This document shows positions 39,151-50,696 of a stretch of 64,000 bases of DNA, one piece after another. Within the stretch, counting starts at the first letter, position 1. Every line of letters begins with the position of its first letter. The stretch lies in assembly GCA_963749495.1 (NCBI GenBank), contig CAVVMW010000030.1:1-64000 (forward strand). Direction: 5' to 3'. This DNA is from an uncultured bacterium (GTDB taxonomy: Bacteria > Verrucomicrobiota > Verrucomicrobiia > Limisphaerales > UBA8199). Below the pieces are notes generated by a model. That model searched no databases, was not told the origin of the DNA, and saw only the letters and a list, made by a program, of their open reading frames with translations. The position numbers and the translations under genes are program-made.

Positions 39151-39508
39151 CGCTCTGTTCCAGAGGAAACCGTCAATGGTGGACACCCTGAACAGTTTGA
39201 ACAAGTGGAGCCAGATGGCTGGTGGAGATCTCCTCAAGCTGAACCGAATCCGTCCGATATTGAAGTGTCAGAGTGGTTGTTAGTTGGTTTCATAGGAGAG
39301 GGCGACCCTGAAGCGCGTCGCCGTTCTTGTTTCGCCCAAACACCGCCCCGATGTTGACCATCGCGAACTCGGCGTAGGTCAACAGTTCATGAAGGAGTGA
39401 GAACTAAGCTTCCAGGCAATCGGCGGCGGCGGCATCGCCAACCACCACCGCCGTCGATCAGGTCATTGACTACGGCTGGCGGTAGTCATTCACGGCTCCC
39501 ACTTCCGT

Positions 39509-40909
39509 TTAACTCCTGCTGCCGGACCCCAGTTTAACGCTGACCAACTCAATGCCTGCGCCGGTGGCGAGATTGCGCGAGTACTTCTTCTCACGCGGGT
39601 TGTTCCAGTGCTCGTGGACCCCCAAGCTGGGCAACCTCTTCGTGGCCGTGGCGTGGTTTGGATCATAAAACGTCCCGGATGGGGGATCGTCCGCCAGCGC
39701 GGACTCACGCAAGTAATCGTCCGCGCCCTTCCGGGCAAAATCCGGCCATTCGGTTGCGAGAAAATCGAAACCGACCGAATCAATGGCGACCGGATCTTGC
39801 GAGGCCAGGAGACTGGAGGACCACTGGCCATTGAACGGCGGCTGCTGCATCCGCTGCGGGGCCGGGTCGCGGGGATGCACGCCTGCAAACAAGCCGTCCA
39901 CCAGGTAGAGCACCGTCTTGCCGCCGAAGTGGGAGTGCCCCATCAGGTCCACCAGGGGGCGGTAAATCCCGGCCTCCTTTGCAAAACAATTGGGGTGGAT
40001 GTCGTAATACCCTTCCTGGACAGGCCACCGTATCAGCGAGCCAAAGTGGTTCTTGGCGCAGAGCGTCACCCCTCCAACCGTGTGGGCCTTGAGGCTGGCG
40101 AAATTGATCAGGTAGTCGGCCTCCGCAAAGCAAGCGGGGAGATGGTCTTGCGCTTTGCCCTGTGGACGGCTGCTCCAGTAAAGCGGCTGGCTCGATGGCT
40201 TCACCTTGATACGCCCAAACTTGCCCGCGTAGTCCTCATAACGCACTTCCGGGAACGGCTGGCAGAAAAGGTCATGATACTCGTTGACCAGGCACGCGAG
40301 GGTGTCGCAGACCGTGACGTTGGCCGGGAGGACGCCAACGCTGGCAAGCTGGCGCAATAGGGCCATAATCATCTGCGGCGTGGTGTTCATGTAATCGTGC
40401 CGCCGGATAAAGGTGCAGGTGTCCAGGTTGACGTGGCCCTCGCGGTAGATCATGCCCACCCAATTTGGCTTGATGGCGACCCGCTCGCCCGCGCTGTAGC
40501 CCACGTCGCCTTTGCCGCGCAATTGGTTCAAGTGACGGAAAAGCTTGGACCATGCTCCTGCCACCCCAGTCTCGCCGGTCAGTTCGCAGATGGTGCGTGC
40601 CATCATGGCGTCCACGCGCTCCTGTTTCACGCGGTTGCCTTCCCACCAGTGGCCGTCGCCGGGGCCTTTCCAATCGGTCACTTCGGGATCATGAACCCAT
40701 GCGACGCGTCCAGGGTGGATGCCCTTGGCCACGCCAACAGGCTTGAGCGACTCCTGTTCCTGCGCAGCCGTGGCCGCCCGGACACAAACCGCGCAGCCTC
40801 CGGCAAGGACCAGCGATTGTCGCAGGAAGGCGCGACGGCCCAAGGCACGCGGGTTGGTCCTAAGCGGGTAAGAATCCATCCTGGAGAGAAAAGCCATTTT
40901 CGCTTTCAT
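39509..40909 (-). CDS. Tat-exported DUF362 domain protein
   Basis: GRRAFL; IKPN, YLINFASLKAH..GVTLCAKNHFG, ASQDPVAIDSV. Confidence 0.9.
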   Translation of the reverse strand: MKAKMAFLSRMDSYPLRTNPRALGRRAFLRQSLVLAGGCAVCVRAATAAQEQESLKPVGVAKGIHPGRVAWVHDPEVTDWKGPGDGHWWEGNRVKQERVDAMMARTICELTGETGVAGAWSKLFRHLNQLRGKGDVGYSAGERVAIKPNWVGMIYREGHVNLDTCTFIRRHDYMNTTPQMIMALLRQLASVGVLPANVTVCDTLACLVNEYHDLFCQPFPEVRYEDYAGKFGRIKVKPSSQPLYWSSRPQGKAQDHLPACFAEADYLINFASLKAHTVGGVTLCAKNHFGSLIRWPVQEGYYDIHPNCFAKEAGIYRPLVDLMGHSHFGGKTVLYLVDGLFAGVHPRDPAPQRMQQPPFNGQWSSSLLASQDPVAIDSVGFDFLATEWPDFARKGADDYLRESALADDPPSGTFYDPNHATATKRLPSLGVHEHWNNPREKKYSRNLATGAGIELVSVKLGSGSRS

Positions 40910-41367
40910 GCAGCGATTTGACCAGAAAGACGGATCGTTTTCAAGCGTTCAAGCGCCAACGGCTGCTACCGATTTTCTTGCGGGACGAAAAGGCGCTGGC
41001 GGGGCAGATGCCGCTGCCCCCGACCCGCCGGGCGACGCTCGGGGCGAAACCGGCTGGCCACTGTTCCCGCGCCTGCGAGCGAGCGGGGTACACCCCATTG
41101 CCCGCAGGACGCAACCGGAATTTTGGGGCGACTGGACCATGGCGGCTGCCAATTCGGTCGGGGCAGGTGCTTCCAGAGTCGCATGGCTGACCTGGCCTGA
41201 CGGTCACCGACGCGCCGAGACAGCCGCCGCCGCACTCCGTCTTCGCGAGCATCGAGCAGCTCCAGAACTCCCGGCCCGCGTTTCCCCTGGTGCTGGCCCG
41301 GCGGAGCACCCTGTCGCTGCCGCAGCGCGGGCTGCTGCCCGTCCGAGCGTCCGTCCGCACCGGCCAT

Positions 41368-41754
41368 TCACAAGCCCACCCTCGACAATCCTGCAAGTCC
41401 CGTTTCGATTTCCTTCACCTTGGCTTCTGACAGGCCCTCCATGTCGTGCAAAGGGATGATCGACAACGCCCACGTCTTGCTGCCGTGGTAAATCGCTTTT
41501 TCCACCGGAGGCGTGCATTGAAAACTGACCGCATAGCGGTCAACGCCACGCCTGGCCAAGTGATACACGAGCAGATGCTCGTGGTGGCAGGCCACATACC
41601 AGTTGTCGCAGTCCAGTTCATGGAGCAAGAACTGGGTGGCTTGACTCACGTCCATTTCGCCAGCCAAGGGCACATCAACTTTGTGCGCGTGATCCATAAC
41701 TCTCATCCTCAGATGCGGAGTACTGACCGTTCGCTGCTGCTTGATGGTAAGCAA
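41368..41754 (-). CDS. Hypothetical protein
   Basis: Protein-like composition; no recognisable motif. Confidence 0.4.
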   Translation of the reverse strand: MLTIKQQRTVSTPHLRMRVMDHAHKVDVPLAGEMDVSQATQFLLHELDCDNWYVACHHEHLLVYHLARRGVDRYAVSFQCTPPVEKAIYHGSKTWALSIIPLHDMEGLSEAKVKEIETGLAGLSRVGL

Positions 41755-42014
41755 AAGCCGGCTGGAGAGTCAAGCCTCATGAAGCGCCTTGAGCGGAGCA
41801 GTGGGCGCAGTGGCCCAAGTTCGGAACCCACGCAGGTTTGCGCCGCAGGCTACAGCATTTGCCAGCAGCCGGGTAAATTCCCGGTCGAATTTGCACGGGC
41901 GGCCTTGCAACGTTCACAAATGCCCTCACGCGCTACCTGAAGTCAGGAACAGACAGCCGTGCAGCCCCGCTGACGGCAGGACTTCTGTGTTCCACCGGAT
42001 TGTGGCAATCTGAG

Positions 42015-42235
42015 CCGATGACCCGAATGTGCCGCCGAAGGAGGTTGCGGCGTTCGAGGAGGAGATGCGCCAGGCGGGGGTGGACTGGCAACTGGTTGCC
42101 TACGGCGGGGCAGTCCACTCCTTCACGGACTGGGACGCTGGCAATGGCAACTCGAAAGGTGCCGCCTACAATGAACGGGCGGACCGGCGGTCCTGGGAGG
42201 CGATGAAGCAGTTCTTCGCCGAGTTGTTCAAATGA
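42015..42235 (+). pseudogene. Dienelactone hydrolase C-terminal fragment
   Basis: DDP.VP..FEEEM..VDWQLVAYGGAVHSFT..YNERADRRSW. Confidence 0.85.
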
Positions 42236-42263
42236 CGTACGGGTGTGGTCACTCGACCGCTCA

Positions 42264-43928
42264 TCAAGGCTCTGCCCGCAGCAAATCCCCGAAGGCGGGC
42301 AGGAGCGAATATTTCTTCTGCCACGGAGTGTACATGAACCCGCGCACGTTCGGGACCTGGCGTGCAAGTTGCAGCCAGCCCTTCACCTCGTTCAGATCGT
42401 CCGCGTCGTAGTAGCACGCCACCAATGTCCGAAATCCCGCTTCAGCAAAAAAGCGCAGGCTCTTTTCTCGCGGCTCCCCGCCCCAGACCGCCATCACGAT
42501 GTCTTTGGGCGCGTGCTGCCAGGAGCCGGTAAAGTCCCCGTCCACCAGGTAATAGCCGCCGTGCGCGTTGTGGTGGGGATCAAACATGTCGGACCAGACG
42601 TAGATTTGCGCTTCGGGAATATGGCTCCGAAGGATTTGCGCCTGGCGGGAGACGCACCGGCCAAGGAGTTCACCCATCTTCTGGCCCCGGCAGGCGCGGC
42701 AGGTGCCGCCCATGCGAACCTCGTCCATGTTCAGGAAAACGCGGCGCGGGTGGAGCCGCTCGGCCAGCAGTTTGGCTTCATGGTCGAAGATGTCATAGAG
42801 GGCAGGCTCGGCCATGCAAACCGTGATCTGCGAGTCGTAAACGACCATGGGGTGATACCAACTGACCCGCAGGCGCTCGCCCTCGCGGATGCGGCTGCCG
42901 GGAAGGAGCTTGAGAGGCAAAGATTCACGGTCGTCGCGCCAAGGATTAAGCTGCGGGTCTTGCAGCGCCGCGTAGTCCTTGCCCTCAGCATAAGTGACCG
43001 CTCCGTCCTCGCTGCGCACCGTTACGGGCGTTCCAGGCCGGCGGAGGACGTTGACGGGGCCGACCTCTTCCACGGCCCAGTCATCGAGCCAGACCTTGCC
43101 AGCCTTGCCGCCCCACAAACCGGCGTAAAGCCGGATCTGGCTATAGTTCAGGCTGTTAAAGAGCATCATGATCTTGTGCCAGTCACCGGTGGAAGCCAGG
43201 TGGAACTGACGCGGGGCAATCTCCCGGTCCTCTGCTGTCAGCGCCAGCAGGTTGAAGGCGCTTGCGGGCTGCAAACCCTCCGTCTTCACCCAGATTGTCA
43301 TGCGATAGCAGCGGCGCGGCTGGACCCGTATCGTCTGCATCACGCGCCCGTGTCCGTGCGGGTTGGCGGTGAAATTCTCCAGGCGCAACGACGCCTTGCC
43401 GGCGTGCTTGACTTGCGTATCGACGAAACTGATCTCGCCAGGCTGGTCGTGAAAGTCGAAGCCCCTGAGCTTGTTCCCGTTATAGTCCTCGAACCCGCCA
43501 TTGAGGATTTGAACCGCGCTGGTGCTCACCAGCCGCGCCTCACCGGCTCTTGCGAGAAATGGAGCGTCCTCGACCGGCAAGCCCTCAGCCAAGTTGCGGT
43601 CGTGCGAAAGAACGCCGCCGCCATAGCCAACAGAAAAGACGGCCGGGATCAACTCCAGGCGGTTTTGCTCGCAGACCTGCTTCACTTCGTTCAGGCGGCG
43701 AAAGTAGTCGGCGGGTTGCTTGCAGAGCGTGTCCAGGCCGAACGAAACGACCGCGCCATTGAACCCGTGCTGGCCGGCGGTCTGGAGGACGCGGGAAATC
43801 CCGGCCACATCGCCGTCGTTTCCCAGCCCCCAGCCGAAGACCCAGACGAACCGGTCGGCGTAGGGTTCGGCTGCCCCCAGTCGGGCAGCGAGGCCCCAGA
43901 CACAAACAAGCAGAGTCAGTATTTTCAT
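42264..43928 (-). CDS. Secreted GH20-like TIM-barrel hydrolase with inserted CBM4/9-like domain
   Basis: NGGFE carbohydrate-binding start; FLNMDEVR, VWSDMF, GFMYTPW. Confidence 0.72.
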   Translation of the reverse strand: MKILTLLVCVWGLAARLGAAEPYADRFVWVFGWGLGNDGDVAGISRVLQTAGQHGFNGAVVSFGLDTLCKQPADYFRRLNEVKQVCEQNRLELIPAVFSVGYGGGVLSHDRNLAEGLPVEDAPFLARAGEARLVSTSAVQILNGGFEDYNGNKLRGFDFHDQPGEISFVDTQVKHAGKASLRLENFTANPHGHGRVMQTIRVQPRRCYRMTIWVKTEGLQPASAFNLLALTAEDREIAPRQFHLASTGDWHKIMMLFNSLNYSQIRLYAGLWGGKAGKVWLDDWAVEEVGPVNVLRRPGTPVTVRSEDGAVTYAEGKDYAALQDPQLNPWRDDRESLPLKLLPGSRIREGERLRVSWYHPMVVYDSQITVCMAEPALYDIFDHEAKLLAERLHPRRVFLNMDEVRMGGTCRACRGQKMGELLGRCVSRQAQILRSHIPEAQIYVWSDMFDPHHNAHGGYYLVDGDFTGSWQHAPKDIVMAVWGGEPREKSLRFFAEAGFRTLVACYYDADDLNEVKGWLQLARQVPNVRGFMYTPWQKKYSLLPAFGDLLRAEP

Positions 43929-43974
43929 GATTTCAGTTCCATCGGCACCGGCAGTCAGCCCATTGCCCCGTCGT

Positions 43975-44886
43975 CTATTTCAAGCACCGTTCCAGGAAAT
44001 CTCGAACCGGGGCGATTGCCTCCGGCCCGCCGAACCCGTGTCCGGCCCCTTTCATCGGCACCAAGGTCGCATCTACTCCGGCCTTTTTCAGCGCAGCGTA
44101 AAGCAACTCGCTCTGGTTGAAGGGCACCGTGCGGTCGCGGTCGCCGTGCATGATGAGGAACGGCGGTGCCTCCTTGGAGACGTAGCTGATCGGGCTGGCC
44201 TTGGCTGCCTTGTCTTTGTTTTCCAGGAGTGGCCCGCCGATGAGTTTCGACTCGGGCGAGTCCGGCGCATTGTGCTGGAGCTCGCTCTCGGCGCTGCCGA
44301 TGTGCAGAAAGTCGGTCGGGCCAAACCAGTCCACCACGGCCTGCACCCGGCTCGATTCCTTGAGGTCGTTGACGCTCCCCTCCAAATCGGCCACCCCGCC
44401 GCTGGTGCCCAAGAGCGCGACCAGGTGTCCGCCTGCCGACCCGCCCCAGGCCGCGAATTTGTTCACGTCGAGGTTGTATTTTTGGGCGTTGGCCCGCAGC
44501 CAGCGCACTGCGGCTTTGCAGTCGTGAATCTGTGCCGGGAACTTCGCCTCCTGGCTCAGCCGGTAGCCAACGTGAGCTACGGCGTATCCATCAGCGGTGA
44601 ACCGGAGGGCCGGGCTGGGGCCATCTTTACTGCCGGACATCCAGGCCCCGCCATGAACCCAGATGATGAGTGGCACCGGCTTGCTGCCCTTCTCCGGCAG
44701 ATAGAGATCCAGCAGCATGGCCCTGCCGCTGGCCTTCCCGTATTCCAAATCCTTCAGCACGTTCACTCCAGGCGGCAGAGGAAACCGGCGTGGTGGCTGG
44801 TTGGTGCTGGGCTGGGCAAGGCTGAGCGTGAGGCCCAAGCCGGTCAATAACCCTATGGACAGGAGGACTGCTTTCACGCGGCGCAT
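43975..44886 (-). CDS. Secreted alpha/beta-hydrolase esterase (HSL/BD-FAE type)
   Basis: HGGAW, GYRL, GGSAGG, HGDRDRTVP, GAGHGF. Confidence 0.93.
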   Translation of the reverse strand: MRRVKAVLLSIGLLTGLGLTLSLAQPSTNQPPRRFPLPPGVNVLKDLEYGKASGRAMLLDLYLPEKGSKPVPLIIWVHGGAWMSGSKDGPSPALRFTADGYAVAHVGYRLSQEAKFPAQIHDCKAAVRWLRANAQKYNLDVNKFAAWGGSAGGHLVALLGTSGGVADLEGSVNDLKESSRVQAVVDWFGPTDFLHIGSAESELQHNAPDSPESKLIGGPLLENKDKAAKASPISYVSKEAPPFLIMHGDRDRTVPFNQSELLYAALKKAGVDATLVPMKGAGHGFGGPEAIAPVRDFLERCLK

Positions 44887-45057
44887 GGTAACAGGCCGTT
44901 GGGGACTGATGCAATCGCCTGTTGGTTGTCCACCATGGCGGCGGCCACGGGTCGTGGTTGGCACTGTGTCGCGCAGCGTGGCCGTTGGCCGTGCAGCCGC
45001 CAGGGGCGTCAGGAGCTTGGGCGGTGCCTCTGCCGGTGTGGGTCTTGCGGACGGTTC

Positions 45058-45230
45058 GGCCAGACGACGGTGCCCAGCGACCTGAGCGGGGTGACCGCCA
45101 TCGCGGCGGGAGGGCACAGCTTGGCGCTCAAGCAGGTCGGGACGGTCGCGGCGTGGGGAGGCAACTACGATGGCCAGACGAACGTGCCCACGGGCCTGAG
45201 CGGGGTGATCGCCATCGCAGCGGGAGGTCA
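45058..45230 (+). pseudogene. RCC1/BLIP-II repeat fragment
   Basis: GQTTVP..LSGVTAIAAGGHSLALK..TVAAWGGNYDGQTNVP. Confidence 0.75.
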
Positions 45231-45372
45231 ACGATTCCGACCGCGACCCAAACCGGATGCTCGGTTTGGGAACTGGCAGCCGCGCAGCCGCTCCAGCGAA
45301 CATGCAGGCTTGACAGCCAGCGGTCTCTAAGTAGGCTCATCAGCATGAGCCCGTACGAGCACCAATTGGGGA

Positions 45373-47179
45373 ATGGGGCAGGCTTTTCAAATCCTGATCC
45401 TGCAAAACGGACAATATTTTGCGAGTCATCCTGGCGATACCGCGGGGAGCGGGACCAGTTGGCATACGGTGAGCCTGACGAATCGATCCGCATCGGACTT
45501 TTGTTTAATAACAAGCCCCGGCCAGTACAACTGTGCCCTGCACCCGGATTTCAATGCCGACGGGACCTCGATGAGTTTCGGCTTCATGATAGGGACTCAT
45601 ATCAGCGGCAACTACACACAGCTTTACGACAATTGGCAATTGACGGTTGCGCGAGGATTCCGCGTCCCCAAGATCATCCAAGTAACGGCCCGTGCTGGCG
45701 GTGGCCCCTGCTCTAGCTGCTGCGGCATTGATCATCGCCAGCCTGTTCTGAGTCCCGATGGCGGCCGGTTCGTGTTCTCCTCAATTTGGAATGTGGACGA
45801 TTACGCCGGGAATCTGAATCCTGAGAGGAACCGGGAGCTTTTTTCATACAACATCGCCTCCAACAAGTTTCAACAACTGACCATCACGACGAACGGGATG
45901 TCGCTTCCCTACAGCTTGCAGGGTGGCAAGATCGGCTTCGTTTCGTGCAGCCCACAGTTTGGGCTGAACACCGACACAAATGCGGACGTTTTCGGGTATG
46001 ATTTTCCCACGCAGACTGTGACGCAATGGGTCAACACGGTGGGGCCTGCCCGTGTTCAACTGGGCACGAACTGCCCCTACGCCTGGTTTGTGGCCTCCGA
46101 CTGGACGACGCTGGCCAATCTGCACGTGGATCTGGCCGCGGATCAACGGCACATTGTCTGGGCCTCCACTCGAAACATTCCGTCCGCAGGCGCCCCACGT
46201 GGCAACAACGCCGATGGCAACTACGAGGTTTACTGGAAGGACGTGGTTTCAGGGGAAGTTCGTCAACTGACGAGCACCGGAGGGGGAGACAATGTGTCAG
46301 CCGCCGCCGGCGCGAACTTATGGCCGCGAACGAGCGCGGATGGATCGCGGATTGTATTTGTGTCCAACCGGGATTTGGGCGGTACTCCCGTCAGTTCCAA
46401 TCGTTATGGGCTCTTTCTGTCCGATACCAACGGGAACATCCAACGCTTGACGGAGGCAGAAATCGAGGTGGCAAGGGAGTTCCCTGCTTTCGGCATGGAT
46501 GCAGCCGGGACTCGTATTGTGTTCGCTTCGGACGCTGATTTGCTCGGCCTGAACACGAACCACACTCGACAGGTTTTCGCCTTTGACCTGAATCGGAGCA
46601 ACCTCACACAGATCACGCGGACTGGGCTAGGTGTCACCAACAGTCGCCCGATTCTCAGCGGCGATGGTCTGAAGCTGGCCTTCGTGTCGAACGGCAGCTT
46701 CAGCGGTAGCTATAGCAATGGCGTTGAGCAGTTGTGGGTTCATCATTTTGACGCTGACTTGGCCTATCCCACCGCGTTTATTGAGGTGACGAGCCTCTTG
46801 AGCAGTCCGTCGGCAACCGAAGGTCGGATTTCGTGGGCGGACTGGTATTCGCTGGATTACGCCGGCTCCAATCTCGTGTTCACCTGCAACGCGGATCTTG
46901 TCGGGAGCAACAGTGTTCATGCGTACCAGAGTTTTTCTAGCGAGTTTTGACTGGCAACCATTCAGGTGCAGCATTGCCCTGGCGGGGACGAACCTGTGTC
47001 GGCTCAACTGGCCTGCGACTGGCTACGGCTCATACACAGTGGAAAGCTGCACCTCGCTGGTGAATCAAGTGTGGCTTCCCGTTGCGCCTACGAACCAATG
47101 GCCAACCATCGCAACAAGCTGGACCAATAACATCAACCCCAACGAACCAACCCGATTCTTCAGGCTAAGAGCGAACTGA
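45373..47179 (+). pseudogene. TolB/PD40-like beta-propeller surface protein with RFFRL C-terminal domain; 5'-truncated, frameshift ~46930
   Basis: LSPDGGRFVFSS, SADGSRIVFVS, LSGDGLKLAFVS; removing one A restores YQVFLASFDW and the tail YTVESCTSL..W..PTRFFRLRAN. Confidence 0.78.
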
Positions 47180-47409
47180 AACAGGGGCGGCATCCAGAAC
47201 GCGGCGGACGCAACCGAATTCGTGCTGGCGTGCGCGTACGCCAATGGTGCCCGGTTCGGCCTCTTCCTGACAAGCCGCCCGACATCCAATCCGCCCATGG
47301 TCGAGGTCCCCAGCGCCACAATGCAGTGCCGAGGGGCCAAGTCCTCGACAACGCTCGGCGTAGCGCATTCGAGCAGCTCGTGTTCTTCCGAGACCCAGGT
47401 GCCTGGACA

Positions 47410-47661
47410 GCTCGCGGTTCTTGCCTTCGCAGCAGCCCTGATGTTTGCACGACCCTCCGCACTGACCTTCTTTCTCCGCTTCCTCCTCCCGTTCTTCGGC
47501 TTCGCAGGAGCTTCAGGGGCAACGGGTGATTCAGTGGCGAGAGGAGCAGCTATCTCTCCGCCCCCAAGCACCGCGTTTAGTTGTTCTTGCAGCGCGTCAA
47601 TTCTCTCTTTGAGGTCGGCTGCTGCACGTAGTTGTTTCGGAGACAAGGCGGTGATGTGCAC
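47410..47661 (-). pseudogene. Small histone-like/nucleoid-associated protein, truncated
   Basis: LSPKQLRAAADLKERIDALQEQL coiled coil + RRKRRKKVSAEGRANIRAAAKAR basic tail. Confidence 0.6.
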
Positions 47662-47676
47662 ACGGGAGCCTTCGAG

Positions 47677-47826
47677 TTAGTTGGTGCCCAGGATTGCGTC
47701 CTTGGCTGCCTTGGCGACGCGGAACTTGACCACGCGCTTGGCCGGGATCTTGATGGCCTCGCCCGTGGCGGGGTTCCGGCTCATGCGGGCTTTGCGGTTC
47801 ACCAGCACCAGCTTGCCCAGGCCGGG
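47677..47826 (-). pseudogene. HU-family DNA-binding protein, C-terminal half
   Basis: PGLGKL..RKARMSRNPATGEAIKIPAKRVVKFR. Confidence 0.88.
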
Positions 47827-47915
47827 TGTGCGCCGGACGTGCCGGGCAGCTTTCTTCGCTTCCAAATACTTTTGTCCAATAAAGGCCGATGAAATAGTGT
47901 TATCGACCTTCGCTG

Positions 47916-48862
47916 ACATCCTGCTGCACTTCGACGCGGTGGATTACAACGCCCGCGTCTGGTTGAATGGCCGGTTCCTGGGTGAGCATCGCGGCGGCTA
48001 CACCCCTTTTGCCTTTGAAGTCACAGACGGCATACGCAACGGCGACAACGAACTGGTGGTCCATGCCAAGCCCTTCCTCTACGACCTGACCATGGAGACG
48101 TTGCGCAAAGGCAAGGTCCTGGACAGCGTCCACAGCTACTGTGGCCTCCGCAAAATCACCATCGAGGGAAATCGCTTTCTCATCAACGACCGGCCCATAT
48201 TCCAGCGGCTCATCCTTGACCAGGGCTTCTGCCCCGATGGCATCTACACCGCGCCCAGCGACGAGGCGCTCCGCCGCGACATCGAGCTTTCACTGGCAGC
48301 GGGGTTCAACGGGGCGCGGTTTCACCAGAAGGTCTTCGACCCGCGCACCCTCTACTGGGCCGACAAGCTGGGCTATCTGGTGTGGGGCGAGTTTCCCAGT
48401 TGGGGAGTCAATATCGAGAATGAAGAAGCCGTGCGCCGTTTTGTGGACGAGTGGCACCAGGTCGTTCGCCGCGACCGCAATCATCCGTCCATCATTGGTT
48501 GGTGCCCGCTCAACGAAACCGCCACCAACGAGTACGTTGCTCGCCTCGAAGACCCGCTGGCGACCACGCGCACAATGGACCCGACGCGCCCGTTCCTCGA
48601 TTCGAGCGGGTACACGCACTTCCTGCCTGGAACGGATGTTTTTGATGCCCACGACTACGAGCAGAATCCGCAAGCCTTCGCAGCCCGCTACGCCGCGTTC
48701 GGGGCAACCGGCTGCGACCCGTGGCACAATAACCCTGGCGACCCGCGCAGCCGTTATCGTGGCCAGCCGTTCTTCGTCAGCGAATTTGGGGGCATCCACG
48801 TCAAGACCGCCCGCGACACAGGCACCGGCTGCTCCAAGGCGCGTTTCCGTGTGTCCGCGTAG
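47916..48862 (+). pseudogene. GH2 glycoside hydrolase fragments with internal deletion
   Basis: LHFDAVDY..WLNG..HRGGYTPF; RDRNHPSIIGW..NE; VSEFGG. Confidence 0.85.
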
Positions 48863-49294
48863 GTCGTAGCGTCGCAAATGCGTGCTCAACGCCCCTCGTG
48901 CGCAACCACCACTCGTGTCTGGTGCATGACCAGAAAGGTGAGCCATTGATTCTTTACAGAAGGCCCGGCACGGTCGCCAAGGAGGTGGGGATGGGGAATC
49001 CCGCTGAAGGAAACGACCGCCACCGGGCATGGCGAGTGTGCCAAAGCCGGTCCCTGCGGTCAAGCAGCTTGCTCGTCGTGCTGCCTCACCCACCGCACGG
49101 ACATCGTCACCTTCTTCGACTACTACGAGGTCGATGAGGGCCGCAAGCCATGAGCCTCGACCGGCAGGAACCAGCGGAGCAAACTGCCGCAAAGCAGGGA
49201 GCGCGCGATATTGACCAACTGGAAGCGAAGTGACGATTTTTCCGGGTTGACACCTTTTCCAGTTTCCGCTAGAAATGGCTCCGTTGTCCCAAAC

Positions 49295-49378
49295 ATGAGC
49301 ACAAAGCTTTTAATCATTGGCGTGGCGGTTCTGCTGCTGGCGATAGTGTTGTCGTGGGTGAAAAAGTCAAAATCGTGA
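49295..49378 (+). CDS. 27-aa single-TM peptide (or N-terminal remnant)
   Basis: MSTKLLIIGVAVLLLAIVLSWVKKSKS*; TTGACA-N17-TAGAAA at 49247-49275. Confidence 0.4.
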   Translation: MSTKLLIIGVAVLLLAIVLSWVKKSKS

Positions 49379-49647
49379 TGGTCCGCCTCCCGAGACAATG
49401 CGGGGAGCCGCTTTCCTGGGTGGACCGTTGTTCGCGGTGATGACTGAGTAGGCTGCGGCTCTCCAACCCGGCGTTCACCGGTCGCGCTGGGCCTCAGCGT
49501 CGCCAGAGGCATCTGCCAAGGCGGCGGCTGCCGTCGAGAACCTGATGACGAGGCTGTCCGCCAGCGCCGTTTGATGGGCAATGACGGCAGCGGCGGGCAG
49601 CTCAGCTAGACGCTGCGCTGGCCGAAATCAACTGCCGCGCCCGTGCC

Positions 49648-50347
49648 TCACGGCCAGCGCAGTCGGTAAAACCGAGCCGGATAATTCGTCCACTGCGGGT
49701 CGCTGAAATAAAACGAACCGCTGGTGAGGGTGTTCGTGGCCAGCGGATACCAGGTGGGATTAGCGAGACTGGTGCTGGCCTCAACCACGACAACGATATT
49801 GGATGTCCCAGCGATGGTGAACCCAAATCGATTCGTCCGAAGGCCAAAGCTGGCATCGCTGGTCTGCACCTGCGGGTTCCACAGCTTCGTCGGACAACCG
49901 GCAAACGTCGTGCCCCAGCCGCTGGTCCCAGGTAAGTAATAGACCGTCGCGTTTGTGTCAGAAAGGAAAGCAGAACCACCAACGCTGGGGGCGTTACCCT
50001 CGAAATAGACGCTGGTCAGGCTGGTGCAGGATTGGAACGTCTCGTATCCGATGCAGGTGACGCTCTTGGGGATCGTGACGCTGGTTAGGCTGGTGCAGTA
50101 CCTGGAACGCCTCGCTGCCGATGCTGGTGACCGGCAGGCCGTTGATCGCACTGGGGATGGTCACCGCACCGCCAGGGCCGCTGTATCCCGTGATGGTGAT
50201 CGTGCCATTATTGGCCGTGTAGGTGAATTGAGCTTGCACCACGACAGGCAGTGCCAACAGCAACAGCAGCGGCAGCCAGGCGGTTCGTAACGGTGTGGTC
50301 ACGCCCTTCGGGCAGGCTGTTCCCGCAGCGGAGGTTTCTGTTTTCAT
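49648..50347 (-). pseudogene. BspA-type leucine-rich-repeat surface protein with RFYRL domain, frameshift ~50100
   Basis: Signal + TITITGYSG..VTSIGSEAF; CTSLTSVTIP.SVT.IG..F; C-terminal FGF...W...PARFYRL. Confidence 0.82.
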
Positions 50348-50696
50348 GGTTTTCCACCTGCTGAATTGATGGCTGAAAGATAGCGGGAAGACTGGGGGAG
50401 GCGCAAGCGCCCAGCGCGCGCTTCAGGAGAGCCTGCCAGGCGCTTTTCGTGCGCGGCAGGGATAACGGCGACCGGCCAGAGCCTCGGGGCCGTCCTGGAG
50501 CCGTCCAGCCGTGGGGATTGGGCGGCGGGCCAGCGCAGGGTGCAACCTGGGGCACGAGCTGTCGGAGCATCTGGTCGTCCGGCTGGCTGACGCAGGTTGC
50601 CGCCCAGGCTGTCGGCCTGCTCCACCTGCACCATCCGATGGGCGACGATGGCGAGGCCAGGCCCGAAGGCCAGTCGAAAACAGCCCAGGATTATGC

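Noticed and set aside
43975..45303. 442-aa esterase with long N-terminal extension
   Set aside because: The extension is antisense RCC1 debris and a CBM48-gene fragment; the signal peptide starts at 44886.
47681..47915. HU-GH2 fusion or N-terminus of GH2
   Set aside because: HU is on the opposite strand; the open frame is accidental.
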